A DNA stretch of 64,000 nucleotides, taken from contig NC_083282.1 of assembly GCF_963506605.1 (NCBI RefSeq), positions 33,914,001 to 33,978,000 on the forward strand. Direction: 5' to 3'. The translations under genes were made by a program, and so were the position numbers. Position 1 is the first letter of the stretch; every line of letters starts with the position of its first letter. The stretch is from Zootoca vivipara (lineage: Eukaryota). Below the pieces are notes generated by a model. It was given only the letters and a program-made list of their open reading frames with translations. It was not told the DNA's origin and did no database searches. This document shows positions 1 through 11,968 of this stretch, piece after piece.

Positions 1-473
1 ATTTTTTACAGCAATATTCCATGAAAAAAGGATGTGATATTTAATGCCTAGCAGTTAATTATGCAACAACCAACCAACCAACCATTAAGTGTGTGTGAGT
101 TTATATATGGGAATAAATTTGTTGGGAATTATTTTGAAAAGCCACAGATGTTTGCTTGGGAAGTCCCAGTCTTTACACACACTGCTAAAGTGAGATACTG
201 TAATCAATTCTTGCTACCAATGTAGTATAGTAAAACAATGTGCTGAAGACTCTCCAGGAGGCAGAAGCTAAACCTGCGTTATATGCTCTGGCAAGAAAAT
301 GCTTTTGTAAATACTATAGACACCTACATAGCATTTCATAGGTTATTGGAAAACATGGATTATTTGGGCAGGAGAAAAGGCCTCCAGATTATGTCCCAGC
401 ATTTAAACTTTGCAAATCCTGTCTCCTGACTCAAAAGTCTTGCATTTAAATACTCTTGCTTCCTTTGCAGGTA

Positions 474-707
474 CAGTAGAACCTTGGTTTTGAAGCATCT
501 TGGAAGCTGAATGTTTCATTCACCAAAAACCTGGAAGTTATTGCTTCCATTTTTGAACGCGCTTCAGAAGTTGAACAGGTTCTGAGGCACGTTTCTCAAT
601 TTTCTGCATTGAAATTGCCGACCGCCCATTGTGCCTCAGTTGTTGAACGTTTCAGAAGTTGAACGGTCTTCCAGAACAGATTATGTTCAACAACCGAGGT
701 TCCACTG
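474..707. mobile_element. Non-autonomous Tc1/mariner (pogo/Tigger-like) MITE
   Basis: Terminal inverted repeats CAGTAGAACCTTGGTT ... AACCGAGGTTCCACTG, flanked by TA on both sides (472-473, 708-709); internal repeated GAAGTTGAAC motifs. Confidence 0.75.
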
Positions 708-2690
708 TACAGTCCAGGAGAGCTGCCACACATGGGCATTATATTTAACTACAGTAACATTAAACTGGATTCAACAGTTTAGAAAAAGCACTGGATGTTT
801 AAACAGATAAAAAATATAGACACATTAAGAAGCACATTATAACCCATTTCCATGTGCATTTTGCACATTTTTATGAAGAGACTGTGACAACTCTATTTCC
901 TCTATGTTTCTAAATATACTATTAGTGTTAACAGTGTGTTAATCATTATCCCAAAATGTGATAAGATGTTAGTTCCTTTCTTTTATTGAGTGGAAACATT
1001 GGTTTACTTACTGGTTCTACTAAGGTACAGAATGATATTTTCAATGCATTTGTAAGCATCAAGGTAAATATTAGTGAACAAACATTTAGTTTTTTAATGC
1101 TGGAGAACATGGGTGATAACAGGAGTCAATAGGGGTCTTCGTGGTATATCTGCTATATGCAAGGTGTTAATCAGAGAACTTCTAATCTCTACTGTTTAGT
1201 ACAAGGATTATATTTTAGTCAAAAAGTATTAGACTAACCTACACCACCAGCATCACAGGAGACAAAAAAAAGTACCATTTAGCAAAGTCTAAAAAAAAAA
1301 TCCACATAGCATACAATGAATGATAAATCGGCATGAGTAAAACTGAAAATAGTTTGGAGCGGGATGATTTTGCTAAGAAAAAAAAAGGGCCACAAGGAAA
1401 GAGATAAGTACCTCTCCCTTTCCCATCTCTGAAATTCTGATCCAGATGGCAACTTCCTGCAATCTGCTTTGCATTTAAAAAACACAAAGCAAAACCCTTC
1501 AATGAAATCATCCACTTGACTCAGTACCATCTCAGACTCTATGGTCCCATGATGCTCAACTCAACATGGTGATAATGGTAAGGGGTTCACTCTACCGCAG
1601 TTACATAGGAAGTGGATCACATATAGCCATCCCCGGACGTGCCCCAAAGGATGAAGAATCAAAGGAAATTAAGAGCAACCCAGTGCTAGTCTCCCTTGGT
1701 TGTAGGGATGAGAGGAATGGGATCCTTGGGAAAGACGAATGTCAGCAAGATCTTTGCAGCTTGCAGGGACCAGGTGCTGTTTTAGTGATACTAAGCAGTG
1801 AAAGCGGTATATATAAGAAGGGAGGAGTGCTGCCCTGAGGGTTTGCTTTCAGGGAAAACTTAAAACAGATCCAGAGATTGTGAATACAAAAAATCAGACT
1901 TACTTTGGGCTTCCTTACAAATGGAGAGAATCTCAGAGCCACACACATTTTCCAGAAGTAAAACAGGACTGTAGCAAGATACCTCTGCTTCATCACCTTG
2001 AACTGTTTGCAACAGTGACTTTATCCATGATAATGAAAAATTCAGTGGTCTCAGAAACTGACATGGTTATCTCAAATTAGGTGGTATAACACACAACTAT
2101 CAAGCATATGGAAAAGGCAATCAAGGGGAAATCTGTTATCAGGTATTCCAAGAATTAATCATAGACACTTTTCAAATTCTTTCCCAAATGCTAGTAAGTA
2201 CACTTGTAATATATATATATATAAAATAGTGCCAGCGGAACAAATACAGATACGTATTATCATAGAAAGTTGTACTCTGGATCTAAATGCCGGGGGGGGG
2301 GGGGGGGAGATGAAGCCAGGAGTTCCTTCAAAGCGTATTAAAAAATGGCAAAGCAGCAAAGAATATATCAAATGGCTAAGCTTGCCCACTATTTAAAATG
2401 TTATAGTGGCTAATGGCATTTATTCTAAGGGAAGTGTACAATAAAACTGTTAGAAAGTGCATATTTGCAATGTTGATCTAAGGTGCGGGGCCCCCCATAA
2501 ACACACTGCCCTGCTGTGTGTGTTGCTATTCTTAGACAATATAGCAACATATTATAACCTGAATCACCATTTGAGAGCAACCCAGGCGTGAATCCTAAAA
2601 GCACCTTAAACTGTTGCAAGAAATATTCGGCAAGCATTGTAAACATCATCAACCCCGTCATTTGGCAAACAAGAAAACAGGAGCAAGCTG

Positions 2691-2696
2691 TATAAA
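2691..2696 (+). promoter_or_regulatory. TATA box of INSL5
   Basis: TATAAA 89 nt upstream of the INSL5 ATG (2780). Confidence 0.6.
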
Positions 2697-2779
2697 TTGG
2701 CCTGTGGTCTTGGCTCCTGTCTTCAGAAGTCCCATCCTTTTCTTCCCTGCTCTGATTAGTCAGATACCGTTTCGGCAAG

Positions 2780-2948
2780 ATGAAGGCTGCGGTGCTAGGG
2801 ATGCTTTTGCTCTTTCTCTCTATGGCCATTTCTGAAGCAGCAGCGGAAAGAAAACTCTGCGGAAGGGACTTTGTAAGAGCTGTCGTCTTTACTTGCGGAG
2901 GGTCTCGCTGGAGGAGGCAGCTGACTCACTTTCCAAAAAGTCTCACAG
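2780..2948 (+). CDS. INSL5: Insulin-like peptide 5, coding exon 1 (signal peptide, B chain, start of C peptide)
   Basis: MKAAVLGMLLLFLSMAISEAAA signal peptide, then B chain ERKLCGRDFVRAVVFTCGGSRW and dibasic RR. Phase-1 donor ACAG|gtaac at 2948/2949. Position convergent with DYNLT5 next to SGIP1 matches the INSL5 locus. Confidence 0.9.
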
Positions 2949-4049
2949 GTAACAATTTGGATTATACGCGGTCCAAATACTACACACAGAATGTTTTTGC
3001 ATGCAAAAGCCAGGGTTGGTGGATTTTCTTTGTTTATTTTTTAAAATGATCTATGCTGCACTCCCAACAGAAACATTGGGGCGGCTTACATAATTAAAAA
3101 AAAACCAAAAACAAAAACCCAGATCTATAATGACAAAGCAATTAAGTTTAAAACAGTAGGTAAAAACTGCCATGAACAGAATTGCACTTTAATAATTGCA
3201 AGCCTAGGTGCTAAAAGTCATTGGTGCTGAAAATATAAAGTAAGGTGTCAGTCAAACCTCGTAGAGGAAGAGTTCCATAAATGAGGTGGTGACTGGTGAC
3301 AACTGAGGAAAGGCCTGTGCCCCACTGTGGATGGAGGGGGGCACTTGGACGATTATCTTAGTGAATAAATAGGGGTGTGTGGAGGCAAAAATCCCCACAG
3401 GTGCCCATGTCCCAAGCCATGCAAGGCTTTAAAGATAAGCAACAGGATCCTGTATAGTGCTTAGAAACAGCACAAATATTTATAATATAGTAATAAGCAA
3501 TCTCATTTGGGGTTTGTACACAAGTATTTCTTAACTCTGGGAAACTGAGGCTTATTCCTGTGTCTTAAGATATACCTGAAGTAATAGCTTTGCTGTTATT
3601 TAGGTTCAAAAAAAATTAAAAACCAGTTTTGAAAGAGTTTATTAACAAGTACTGTATATCCTGGTACTGAGATGGTAACTGTCGAATCCTACAGAAGCCA
3701 AGCAGATTGGTTTTTGTATCTGTGGCCTTGGAAATAAAAATCCTATCTGGATATAGGAAAATATAGTAGAGAAGCTGATCCCTCACTTCCTCATTCCTCA
3801 CATACCTTGTTTTTCAGCGGAACTAGGACAATCCTAGTGATAGGCGTCAATAGTGAAATTTTACTGTATGCCAAGTTTTCTTAGGATTGCATTCCCAGTA
3901 TAGGCTGTAAATATTTCAGACCCAAATTAAAAGAAATAGATTGGGCAACATCAAAGTTGTCTTGATCACTGGACTGCCTGAAGTTCAACATCCAAAGTTA
4001 ATTTCAGTTTATCTCCAGATTTCTTATTTTTATCATTTGCACGCAACAG

Positions 4050-4291
4050 GTCAAGAAAGCCACCTGCATTCACCACTTGACACAAATGACTCAACAGGTG
4101 CCAATGAAAAGGTGATCCAAAAGCCAGAATACCTAAGCAAAGAATTCATCCAGTCCAGTTCTGAAGCTGAAGGAGATCTATGGGGCACGGAACGAAAGTC
4201 TATACACAAAAGGAATGAAGATATTATGCGACTCACAGCCACTTGCTGTCTGGTCGGCTGCAGCGACAGCACCATAAGTTCACTGTGCTGA
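4050..4291 (+). CDS. INSL5: Insulin-like peptide 5, coding exon 2 (C peptide, A chain)
   Basis: Acceptor ...gcaacag|GT at 4049/4050, in phase with exon 1. KR site, then A chain NEDIMRLTATCCLVGCSDSTISSLC* with the insulin-family CC-x3-C-x8-C pattern. Spliced CDS 411 nt = 136 aa. Confidence 0.9.
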
Positions 4292-4503
4292 AAATGTATC
4301 AGACAGTGGCATGTATGCTATTTCATAGCTAACAATACATCAGAAACATCTAGAAATAGGTATTTTTGATATCCTACTTTGTAGTTCCGAGCTCTGAAGT
4401 ACTTCCTAAGTGCCATTCCATTTGGGATACTGTACAAATTGAGAAACGGTCTTTTAACATCTGTATTTCAAACAGCTCTCTTTTCCGTAGTTCCTGCTTT
4501 CAC

Positions 4504-4509
4504 AATAAA
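4504..4509 (+). terminator. Probable polyadenylation signal of INSL5
   Basis: First AATAAA about 210 nt after the INSL5 stop codon, followed by a U/GU-rich stretch. Confidence 0.55.
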
Positions 4510-4663
4510 TTTGCAGTTCGCAACATGGCTTCTGCTGTTCCTTCTTGCCAGTGCAGTGCTAGGCTTGGAATTAAAAAAAGAAGACACCCACCAAAAACCC
4601 TCTGACACTGATTAAGTTCTGTTTACTCAGGGAGTCTTAAGAGCAAATACCAGTTTCTAGATA

Positions 4664-4833
4664 AGGGACCTGTACCTTAAGTGACAGATTACATGCAAAG
4701 CATCCCAGGTTCAATTCCTCCCATCTCCAGGTAGAAATACTCCTATCTGAAATCCTAGAAGGCAGGTGCCAATCAGAGTAGACAATATGGAACTTGATGA
4801 ACCAATGGTCTAACCATGTATGAGACAGCTTCT
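4664..4833 (+). mobile_element. Degenerate tRNA-derived SINE (squamate type)
   Basis: B-box-like GGTTCAATTCC (4708-4718) and a 3' tail GAACTTGATGAACCAATGGTCT...GACAGCTTCTA resembling squamate SINE tails; a similar tail occurs at about 34245-34287. Confidence 0.5.
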
Positions 4834-6218
4834 AGGAACAGACAACTTACCGGTACTTCTGACCAAACCTGTCTAGATTAACTTCAGGATGAATGAACGC
4901 CAGAAAAGCTTTTCCTGGTATTATGTCTACCATTTTTTATTTTCATTGCAAAATATTTGATGAATATTTTATACCTTTTGTGTAAACCGCTTAGAAGTTG
5001 TTGTTTTTTTTAAAAAATTAAGTGCCATATAAATTTTGCTAAATAAAACGAGGGTGGGAAATTGGAATAGGGAAAACACTGGAGGAGATAATCCAATAGA
5101 TTTGGGGGGGCAGAAGGGCGCTAAGTTTTTGGAGGCAGGGCTTACCAGTAAAGGCAGGGACATCAGTGTCTTAAAAATAATACATCAACTATTTTTTGCT
5201 TCAACAAAACTTTTGAGCTGTTTTAAGCGGTACAACAGCTGGAACCAGTGGTCAACTAGGCTGCCATGTTCCCTCACAATGCTACAGTTGAAATAACAGC
5301 ATGTCATGATGTAGCGTTCATTCCACATGTGTTGTTTGTAAGACGAGATGGCAGGCTCCATTGGCTCACTGTGATATGAAGTAAATGTGCTAGAGTCAGC
5401 TTTACCGACAACAATCAGATATGTGTCATCATGCCAGCCAGACAGCACAGTCCTCATAGCCCCTTGTCATATTGTGAGCCAAATACCAGAGGTGAGCCAA
5501 GCACTGACTCTCCAGGCTCTTCCTTAAAACTTTAGCTAAAACTTTAGCTAAAAAATTATCCACACTTTGCCTTCAGACTATTCAGTTTCAGCTACTGGAC
5601 AAAGTTCACTTTTAAGAAGCTGGGTGCTCCCTTGCACAGTGGAGCCCATATCAAGCCTTTTAAAAGGGCAGAAAGGGAAACCTTAAGAAAGTTACCACCA
5701 CCATCACCCATTGCGTATGGTTAAGGGTAGGATTGAAATTGCCTTTTAACGGAGACATAATACACACTGTCCTGCAAATGCAAAAATGAGAGTTCACACA
5801 TAAAGCAAAAGTGCCACACTTCGAGGCAATCACCTTGATAAGAACAGACAAGTGTAAACTGGTTCTGTATTTTGATACTTTTTCAAGAACATAAACACAA
5901 TGAATTAGGCCTCATGCACACCCATTATGATATCACTAATACGATACAGAGTCCAACCGTGGGGATGTTTACATGATCAAACACTACACTTCCACACCAG
6001 AAATGAGAACTGCACAAGTGGTATTAACACCTGTTATCTTCAGAGTAATAAGCACCCTTCATGCCCACAGAGAAGAACTAATCTACTGGTTTGGCCAGTC
6101 TACGTATGCAGAGCGATCTTATGCAGGTTATTCAATGGAGCTTGTTGCTTGTAAGCGTACATAGGATTGCAGCCTAAAAATAGTATCTGTCTATTTGGTC
6201 ACATAGACCTTTTAATTG

Positions 6219-6422
6219 CTACTCGGAGTAAACTGCAAAGACATTTGCGAGAGCAAATAGAGATCTATTTTTGAAGGCATATGAGCAAAAAGTATCACTT
6301 GTAGTATCCCAGAGGCACCTGCTTCCAATCTGCATGCTCTGCTTGTCAAGTTGTCCAATATGTATAATCACAATAATTTTATACCTTGGTATCATCAGGT
6401 CTTTTATTCGAGCCTTAATTAC
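6219..6422 (-). CDS. DYNLT5: Dynein light chain Tctex-type 5 (TCTEX1D1), last coding exon
   Basis: Acceptor tctcttag|GTA. Encodes [67 protein letters not shown], the Tctex-1 domain C-terminus. Absent from the ORF track because it has no start codon. Confidence 0.93.
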   Translation of the reverse strand, partial: VIKARIKDLMIPRYKIIVIIHIGQLDKQSMQIGSRCLWDTTSDTFCSYAFKNRSLFALANVFAVYSE

Positions 6423-6424
6423 CT

Positions 6425-6453
6425 AAGAGAGAGGGGGGAGAGAGAGAGGGGGG

Positions 6454-6512
<59 letters not shown>
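6425..6512. repeat. (GA)n/(TC)n microsatellite
   Basis: Long AG dinucleotide run with G-run interruptions, directly abutting the DYNLT5 last-exon acceptor. Confidence 0.9.
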
Positions 6513-6516
<4 letters not shown>

Positions 6517-7992
6517 AAATTCATGGTCTCATAAGCAAACTAATATAAACTACCTAGGATACAATACAGCTCCGTTTAAATGTTTAACTAATTTACTCTA
6601 GTGGCAAGAATCTAAATACACCAGTGATGCATTGCACGCACTTCAAATAACTTAAGACAATTTCACATCTGCATGGGACTTAAAGTGCTTAACTGGATGG
6701 ATTTTGTCCTGTAAAATTAGCTGGTAGTCAAGACAGCCTGTTCCTGTAGATGCTTTACCGGAATCAAGCCCTACATGGAACTTAATCCCGAGTAAGTGTA
6801 AATACGATTGCAGCCCTAGCATTTCTGGTAGCTGTGAGTGGGGGCATGGGGATTCTCCTTATCATTGGGGGCACTGATTGGTGGGTGACCTGTTTTCAAG
6901 TATTAAGCCTCCCTCCCCAATACAGAACACTACTACAAAGTAGTTTTTGGCAGTCTCCTTGATGTAACCAAAATCTTGAGTTCTGTTTGTGCAATGGGAC
7001 TTCTGCTTCCTCTCTGCACCCTATACAGGCACCTCGGAAATTTGCTCTGGAGGGTCCCCCAATGCGGGGCTGGAAGGAACAGGTGAGGAAGAGGAAGTTG
7101 CAATTGTGCACAAGGACATCTGTTATGTGAGTGGAGCTGCATCATTGGATACAGCCATATGCATCTATATCTATATCCAGCGCTTGTGAAGCAGATAATG
7201 CATTTTGGTCTCAGGTGAGCCACAGGGACAGGGTTCAGCACTTGGCATCACTGGGAAGCTGCTGATGCCTGCCAAGGGACCCTGCTTAATATTCCATCAG
7301 GTGACTGGATCATGCCACCCTTTTAATTTATCACAATGCCCCTGACTAAGAATCATTTGGGGCATTTTGGGAAATTTAAAGGTTGACCAGAGACGGCTGC
7401 CCAGTGATGCTTATAGCACTACTACTGCAGCTAGAGAAGCCTAACAGGGCCCAGTGACAGAGGAGGAGCCCCTCAGTCTCGTAGTTGACCCTAGTGTGGC
7501 TCAAGCCTGTCTTGAAACCACAACTTCTGACTCCAGTGCCAGTTGATGGCCATAAACAGGTGGACTAGCTGATGTGATTAAAAAGGAAAAGGGGAGACAC
7601 TCAGCATTTGTTCAAATATGATCTTTGACCCAGAAAACTTGAGAGAGAGGGGGGGGGGAATCAATGGCCAGTCATGCAGAACAGAGAAGACTCACATTCC
7701 TGATACAAGATGTAGCAACAGATTTCTCAGTTAGCATCAGCACATATAGAAACTAGCTGTACCACTACATCCAAGATACAAAATCATAAGCTGGGCAATG
7801 TGGTAACTATCCAAGAAGCAGCTGACCTACAAGGTTAACTAGATTCATCTCCTTACACAAACATCTTAATATATATTCCTTCATAGTTCTTAAGGTTGAA
7901 CTCTTGTATCCAAAAGCTGTTCTGAGCAGAGCTTTCTATAGGATATACCTCCGATATACTTTCCAACTTTGCTTTACTAATAAATTGTGTAC

Positions 7993-8117
7993 CTCAGAGA
8001 TGGTCTTTGTCATTTGTCTGCACAACTCGGCTTCATATTTTTCCTCTTGAAGATAACTTGTTACCACATCCTTCAAGATATTATTCACAGTGCTCACCGG
8101 AAAGCACTTTGCAGGAC
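7993..8117 (-). CDS. DYNLT5: DYNLT5 coding exon 3
   Basis: ctccag|GT...GAG|gtacac; 125 nt; (G)[41 protein letters not shown]. Confidence 0.93.
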
Positions 8118-8232
8118 CTGGAGCACAGAGAGAGCTCACACCATTATTTTGGAAGGCTGTGAAATATTTTTTGGGGGGGGGGGGTGTTTACCAACTATGC
8201 ACACATTTACCCAGTGAAACAATGACTTAGTC

Positions 8233-8367
8233 CAGTGGTGGCCAAACTTGGCCCTCCAGCTGTTTTTGGACTACAACTCCTACCATCCCTAGCTAACAGG
8301 ACCGGTGGTCAGGATGATGGGAATTGTAGTCCCAAAACAGCTGGAGGGCCAAGTTTGGCAACCACTG
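8233..8367. mobile_element. Palindromic hAT-type MITE (about 135 bp)
   Basis: TIRs CAGTGGTGGCCAAACTTGGCCCTCCAG / CTGGAGGGCCAAGTTTGGCAACCACTG; 8-bp TSD ACTTAGTC / ACTTAGTA. Confidence 0.8.
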
Positions 8368-9242
8368 ACTTAGTACAAGGGCCCCCACACTACAATCTGT
8401 GGACCACTGGGGGCCTGTGAGCTTCTGTCAGGTAGCGTGTCTGTGAAGAACACTTACAATGTTATAACCTTTTAAAAAAACAAAGGACACTCCTCCCTCC
8501 CTCCCTTTAGTTTAAATAAGTATTGCTACAAAAGCATAATGTATATCCTTAGGTACTCAAGCACAATGTTTTACTTGGTCAAATAAATCCACCGTTTTAA
8601 TTTCAAAGCCTAAGCATTCTAGTTTTCCATTTTATTCTCCACCAAATAGGAATCATATCCTAACATGGAATATCTCTCATTGTAAAGAATTTTTTTTGCT
8701 GTTTTATGGCAAAAATAGATCACGCGCTGTGTCACACAGAATGCCCAGGTGACTCCTCAAGAGGCTTATGAGCAGAAGCTTGCCTCAGGCAGCTTTCTAA
8801 ATTAGTTTATATATTTACTGTACACTGCATCTATGGCTCCCCCCCCCCAGCAAAAAGAAAAGCTCCAGTCTTTCCAATTTATTTGATCATTATACCACAA
8901 TAGTCATACTTGAATGTTTGGTGATAAGCTGCTTGTACGTTGCAGAAATTACCAACAGTAGGATATACTTTGTCTGCCCTAAGGCTATTACTGTTGTATA
9001 CAAAAGATTTAAGATTTAAACTGTTTATTTGTCACATATTGCTATTCTTGTTTGTTCCTCAGTTGCAATGTATTCATTGTAGGATGACTGCAATAATGTA
9101 AACAGTGGCATAAAATACAACAAACAAATACAATAAAGATGATGATAATAATAATTAATATTACTTTTATTATTTGTATAGTGCGCTACAGAGAGTGGGA
9201 CTAGGCTATTAACAAGAAAGTGAGTAAGATAAAGAAACTTAC

Positions 9243-9334
9243 CCAACTGGTACGTGTTTTCCATCTGAACCCCGGGGCGAAGAATATCATCATGGTGGCC
9301 AGGTTCGTCCATGTAAGACACTGTACTTATGGAG
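9243..9334 (-). CDS. DYNLT5: DYNLT5 coding exon 2
   Basis: tttcag|C...TTG G|gtaagt; 92 nt; (D)[30 protein letters not shown](G); ENTYQL is the Tctex1-domain start. Confidence 0.92.
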
Positions 9335-9636
9335 CTGAAACAGAACCCAGTAATAATTGTATTAAAAGTGACTTGTTGAAAGCTGCATTGATTTTTTTAA
9401 AAAGCCCACCTATCTTAGATTCCAAGTCACCGGTGAGGAACCATTGGCCTTCCAGATGTTGCTGAACTACAACTCTCATCAGCCCCAGCAAGGCCAATGA
9501 GCAGGGATGATGGAGTTGTAAAGACTCCCAACATCTGCTCTAAGCTCTACCATTCCTTCCATTTTCCCTTTCTTTTTTAAAAAATCTATTAAAGATTTCT
9601 TCGTTTACAAAAATACATGCATTCTCTTTTTTAATA

Positions 9637-9862
9637 CAGTGGTACCGCGAGTTACAAACGCTTCAGGTTACAAACTCCACTAACCTCGAAGAGTGACCTC
9701 AAGTTGAGAACTTTGCCCCAGGACGAGAACGGAAATTGTCTGCCGGCGGTGCAGTGGCAGCAAGAGGCCCCCATTAGTGAAAGCACGCCTCTAGTTAAGA
9801 ACAGTTTCAGGTTAAGAACGGACCTCCAGAACAAATTAAGTTCGTAACCAGAGGTACCACTG
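9637..9862. mobile_element. Tc1/mariner (Tigger-like) MITE
   Basis: TIRs CAGTGGTACCGCGAGTTAC / GTAACCAGAGGTACCACTG; TA on the left flank. Confidence 0.75.
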
Positions 9863-10538
9863 TCATTGTGTTTTCTACAGATCAGTTTCATTTGTTGTGA
9901 GACATTAGTGTTGTATGCAGTATTAGGTTAAGAAGAAAAGAGAGGGAGAGTAGGGTGCTTCTATTCTTCTATTTCGTGTATGTATAGGTTTTTGTGTCAG
10001 CATCACTTGTGTGGGTTCTCTTTCTATTCACTGGTTATATTTCCTTGGTGGCGAGGGAGGTTGGGAGGTGGCCTAGGGTGTGGTTGGTTGTCTTTGGTTG
10101 GCTGTGGTGAGATTTTCATTTTCCCTTTCATCTCTCCTTGTGCTGAAGCATATGACGAGACAGCACAGTATTTGTGCATGGCCAGTTAGGGCAGAACTAC
10201 ATGCTGTGAAGAAAATGTGAGTTCTGATTTTTAGCCCTTTTATCGGGCCACTTGACTGCTACTCTTACATCTGGAGCATGGGTGCCCCTCATTGCCCTCT
10301 TGCATAACCTTGGATAACCTCTTGCATAACCTCTTGCATAACACAGCTCTTCATTTACCTAAAGCAGGCACTAGGTTCAAAGCAGCTGAAAGCCAGATAG
10401 GTTTCCCACCCATTCTACCATGTAGAAAAAGAATAACTGAGCATGACATTTGCAAAAAGCCTGAAGAATAGTTTTTATACTGTCCAGATGGAATGATCTT
10501 GGGAAGAAAAGTCAGAAAATGATAAATATGCTACTCAC

Positions 10539-10651
10539 TCTTTGTTTCTTCCAAAAAATTCTTTCGCCCTGACTTCATGGCTTCCTAAAGAGGATATGCT
10601 GCCTCTTTTCTTTAACAAGCGGGCCGCTTTTTCCTTCATTGTGTCCGACAT
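10539..10651 (-). CDS. DYNLT5: DYNLT5 first coding exon
   Basis: Acceptor ...tatctag|aaaacATG; [37 protein letters not shown](D); donor GA|gtgagt. Exon phases 113+92+125+204 nt give an intact 177-aa protein. Confidence 0.88.
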
Positions 10652-11356
10652 GTTTTCTAGATACAGGAAATGTATTTTTTAAACACAATCGTGACCTAAA
10701 AGTATATAGGCATCTGGTGTCAGAGCCATGCCTCTTACACAAGGTATTGTAACGAGAGTCTTTGGAAATGCACAGAGTCTGTGAAGTGGAAGCATGAGTG
10801 GTTATACCTAGGTATTGGGAGAACTCCCCAAAGGATTGGCTCAATGGTTTCAATAATCATTCCATTATCAGGGGGGAGGGGGGGTGTCAACAAACTAAAT
10901 ATAATTAGCAAAAATTGTGGCAATTTTACTCCACTCGGTGCCCTATTCTGGGATATGTTGATTAATCTTCCGAGGCTTTAGGAAATGGCTGCAAATCGAC
11001 AAAGGGAGGGATACTCCTTTGGGAATTGCATCTTCAGCTTGCTCCAGGTTTGCTTCCCATCAGGAAAAGCAAAGGAAGTTTTGAGGAACCACTGCTTCAA
11101 GGTGTTGCAGGTTCCTCAAGAAGATGGTAGCCAAGCCAAGCCTTCAGGGACTGTTGCTTCTTGGCAAGCAGCCAAGGCCTACAGAGCACTTCCACAACAG
11201 CAGGAGCCACTCCAAGTGTTGCCGAGGATGCTGGAAGTGCTGCAAGGCTTTGGAAATGGGTGAGAAGTGCTGTGGAGCATTTTTTTTTAATGCCACAAAA
11301 GAGACCACAGCTGCCCGATTCAGAAGGACTGTTTGTGGAACATACGTAAGTCCTGA

Positions 11357-11530
11357 CAGACAGACAGAAGGCCTCTCTAGTCCAGCATCCTGTTCTCACA
11401 GTGGCCAACCAGGTGCCTATGGGAAGCCCCAAAGCAGCACATGAGCACAACAGCACCACCCTCCCTACTTGAGACTCCCAGCAACTGGTATTCAGAGGCA
11501 TTCTGCTGGTGGCAAGGGAGGTAGAACACA
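11357..11530. mobile_element. Old CR1-like LINE 3' fragment
   Basis: TCTAGTCCAGCATCCTGTTCTCACAGTGGCCAACCAG...CAGCAACTGGTATTCAGAGGCAT; a related copy lies at about 55190-55360. Confidence 0.4.
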
Positions 11531-11930
11531 ACCACCAACTTCCATCTGTGTGTGTATTTAGTCTCTCCTTATAAGGCTTAGTATCTTTTCAGCATTGTCC
11601 TCCATACTTCAAGAAATGACTTACTATACTGTAAATAAATTCAATCTGTACACAACAAGAAAGTGACAAGGCAAGGCCTTACTCGGAAATAAAAAGCAAC
11701 CAAAAGTCTCAACAAATTTATTATGGCATTATTCATATACTAGATTCCACCTCAGAAGATGCATGCACTCTACTCTCACAACCTTATTCTAGAAAAATGG
11801 TAAGTAATGCCATAATTTTTGCTGCTTTTGCTATAACGGACTAAAGTATATACCCCTCTGAAAGAAGACCGAAGTTTATTCATGAATAGTGGCATGCCAC
11901 TTGGAAGAACTGAACCATTCATTTGGCTTG

Positions 11931-11968
11931 CCTCCTCCTCCTCCTCCTCCTCCTCCTCCTCCTCCTCC
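11931..11968. repeat. (CCT)n microsatellite
   Basis: About 12 CCT units; source of the spurious poly-E ORF 11776-11970. Confidence 0.9.

Noticed and set aside
1-2400. Expected 3' exons of the syntenic neighbour DNAI4/WDR78
   Set aside because: No recognisable WD40 coding exon found by eye; cannot be supported from this window.
2780-4291. Calling the gene relaxin-3 (RLN3)
   Set aside because: The B chain resembles RLN3, but the position beside DYNLT5 and SGIP1 is the INSL5 locus and the A chain is not RLN3-like.
10296-10342. Short tandem repeat of CTCTTGCATAAC-like units
   Set aside because: Simple slippage minisatellite with no spacers; not CRISPR-like, and no functional evidence.
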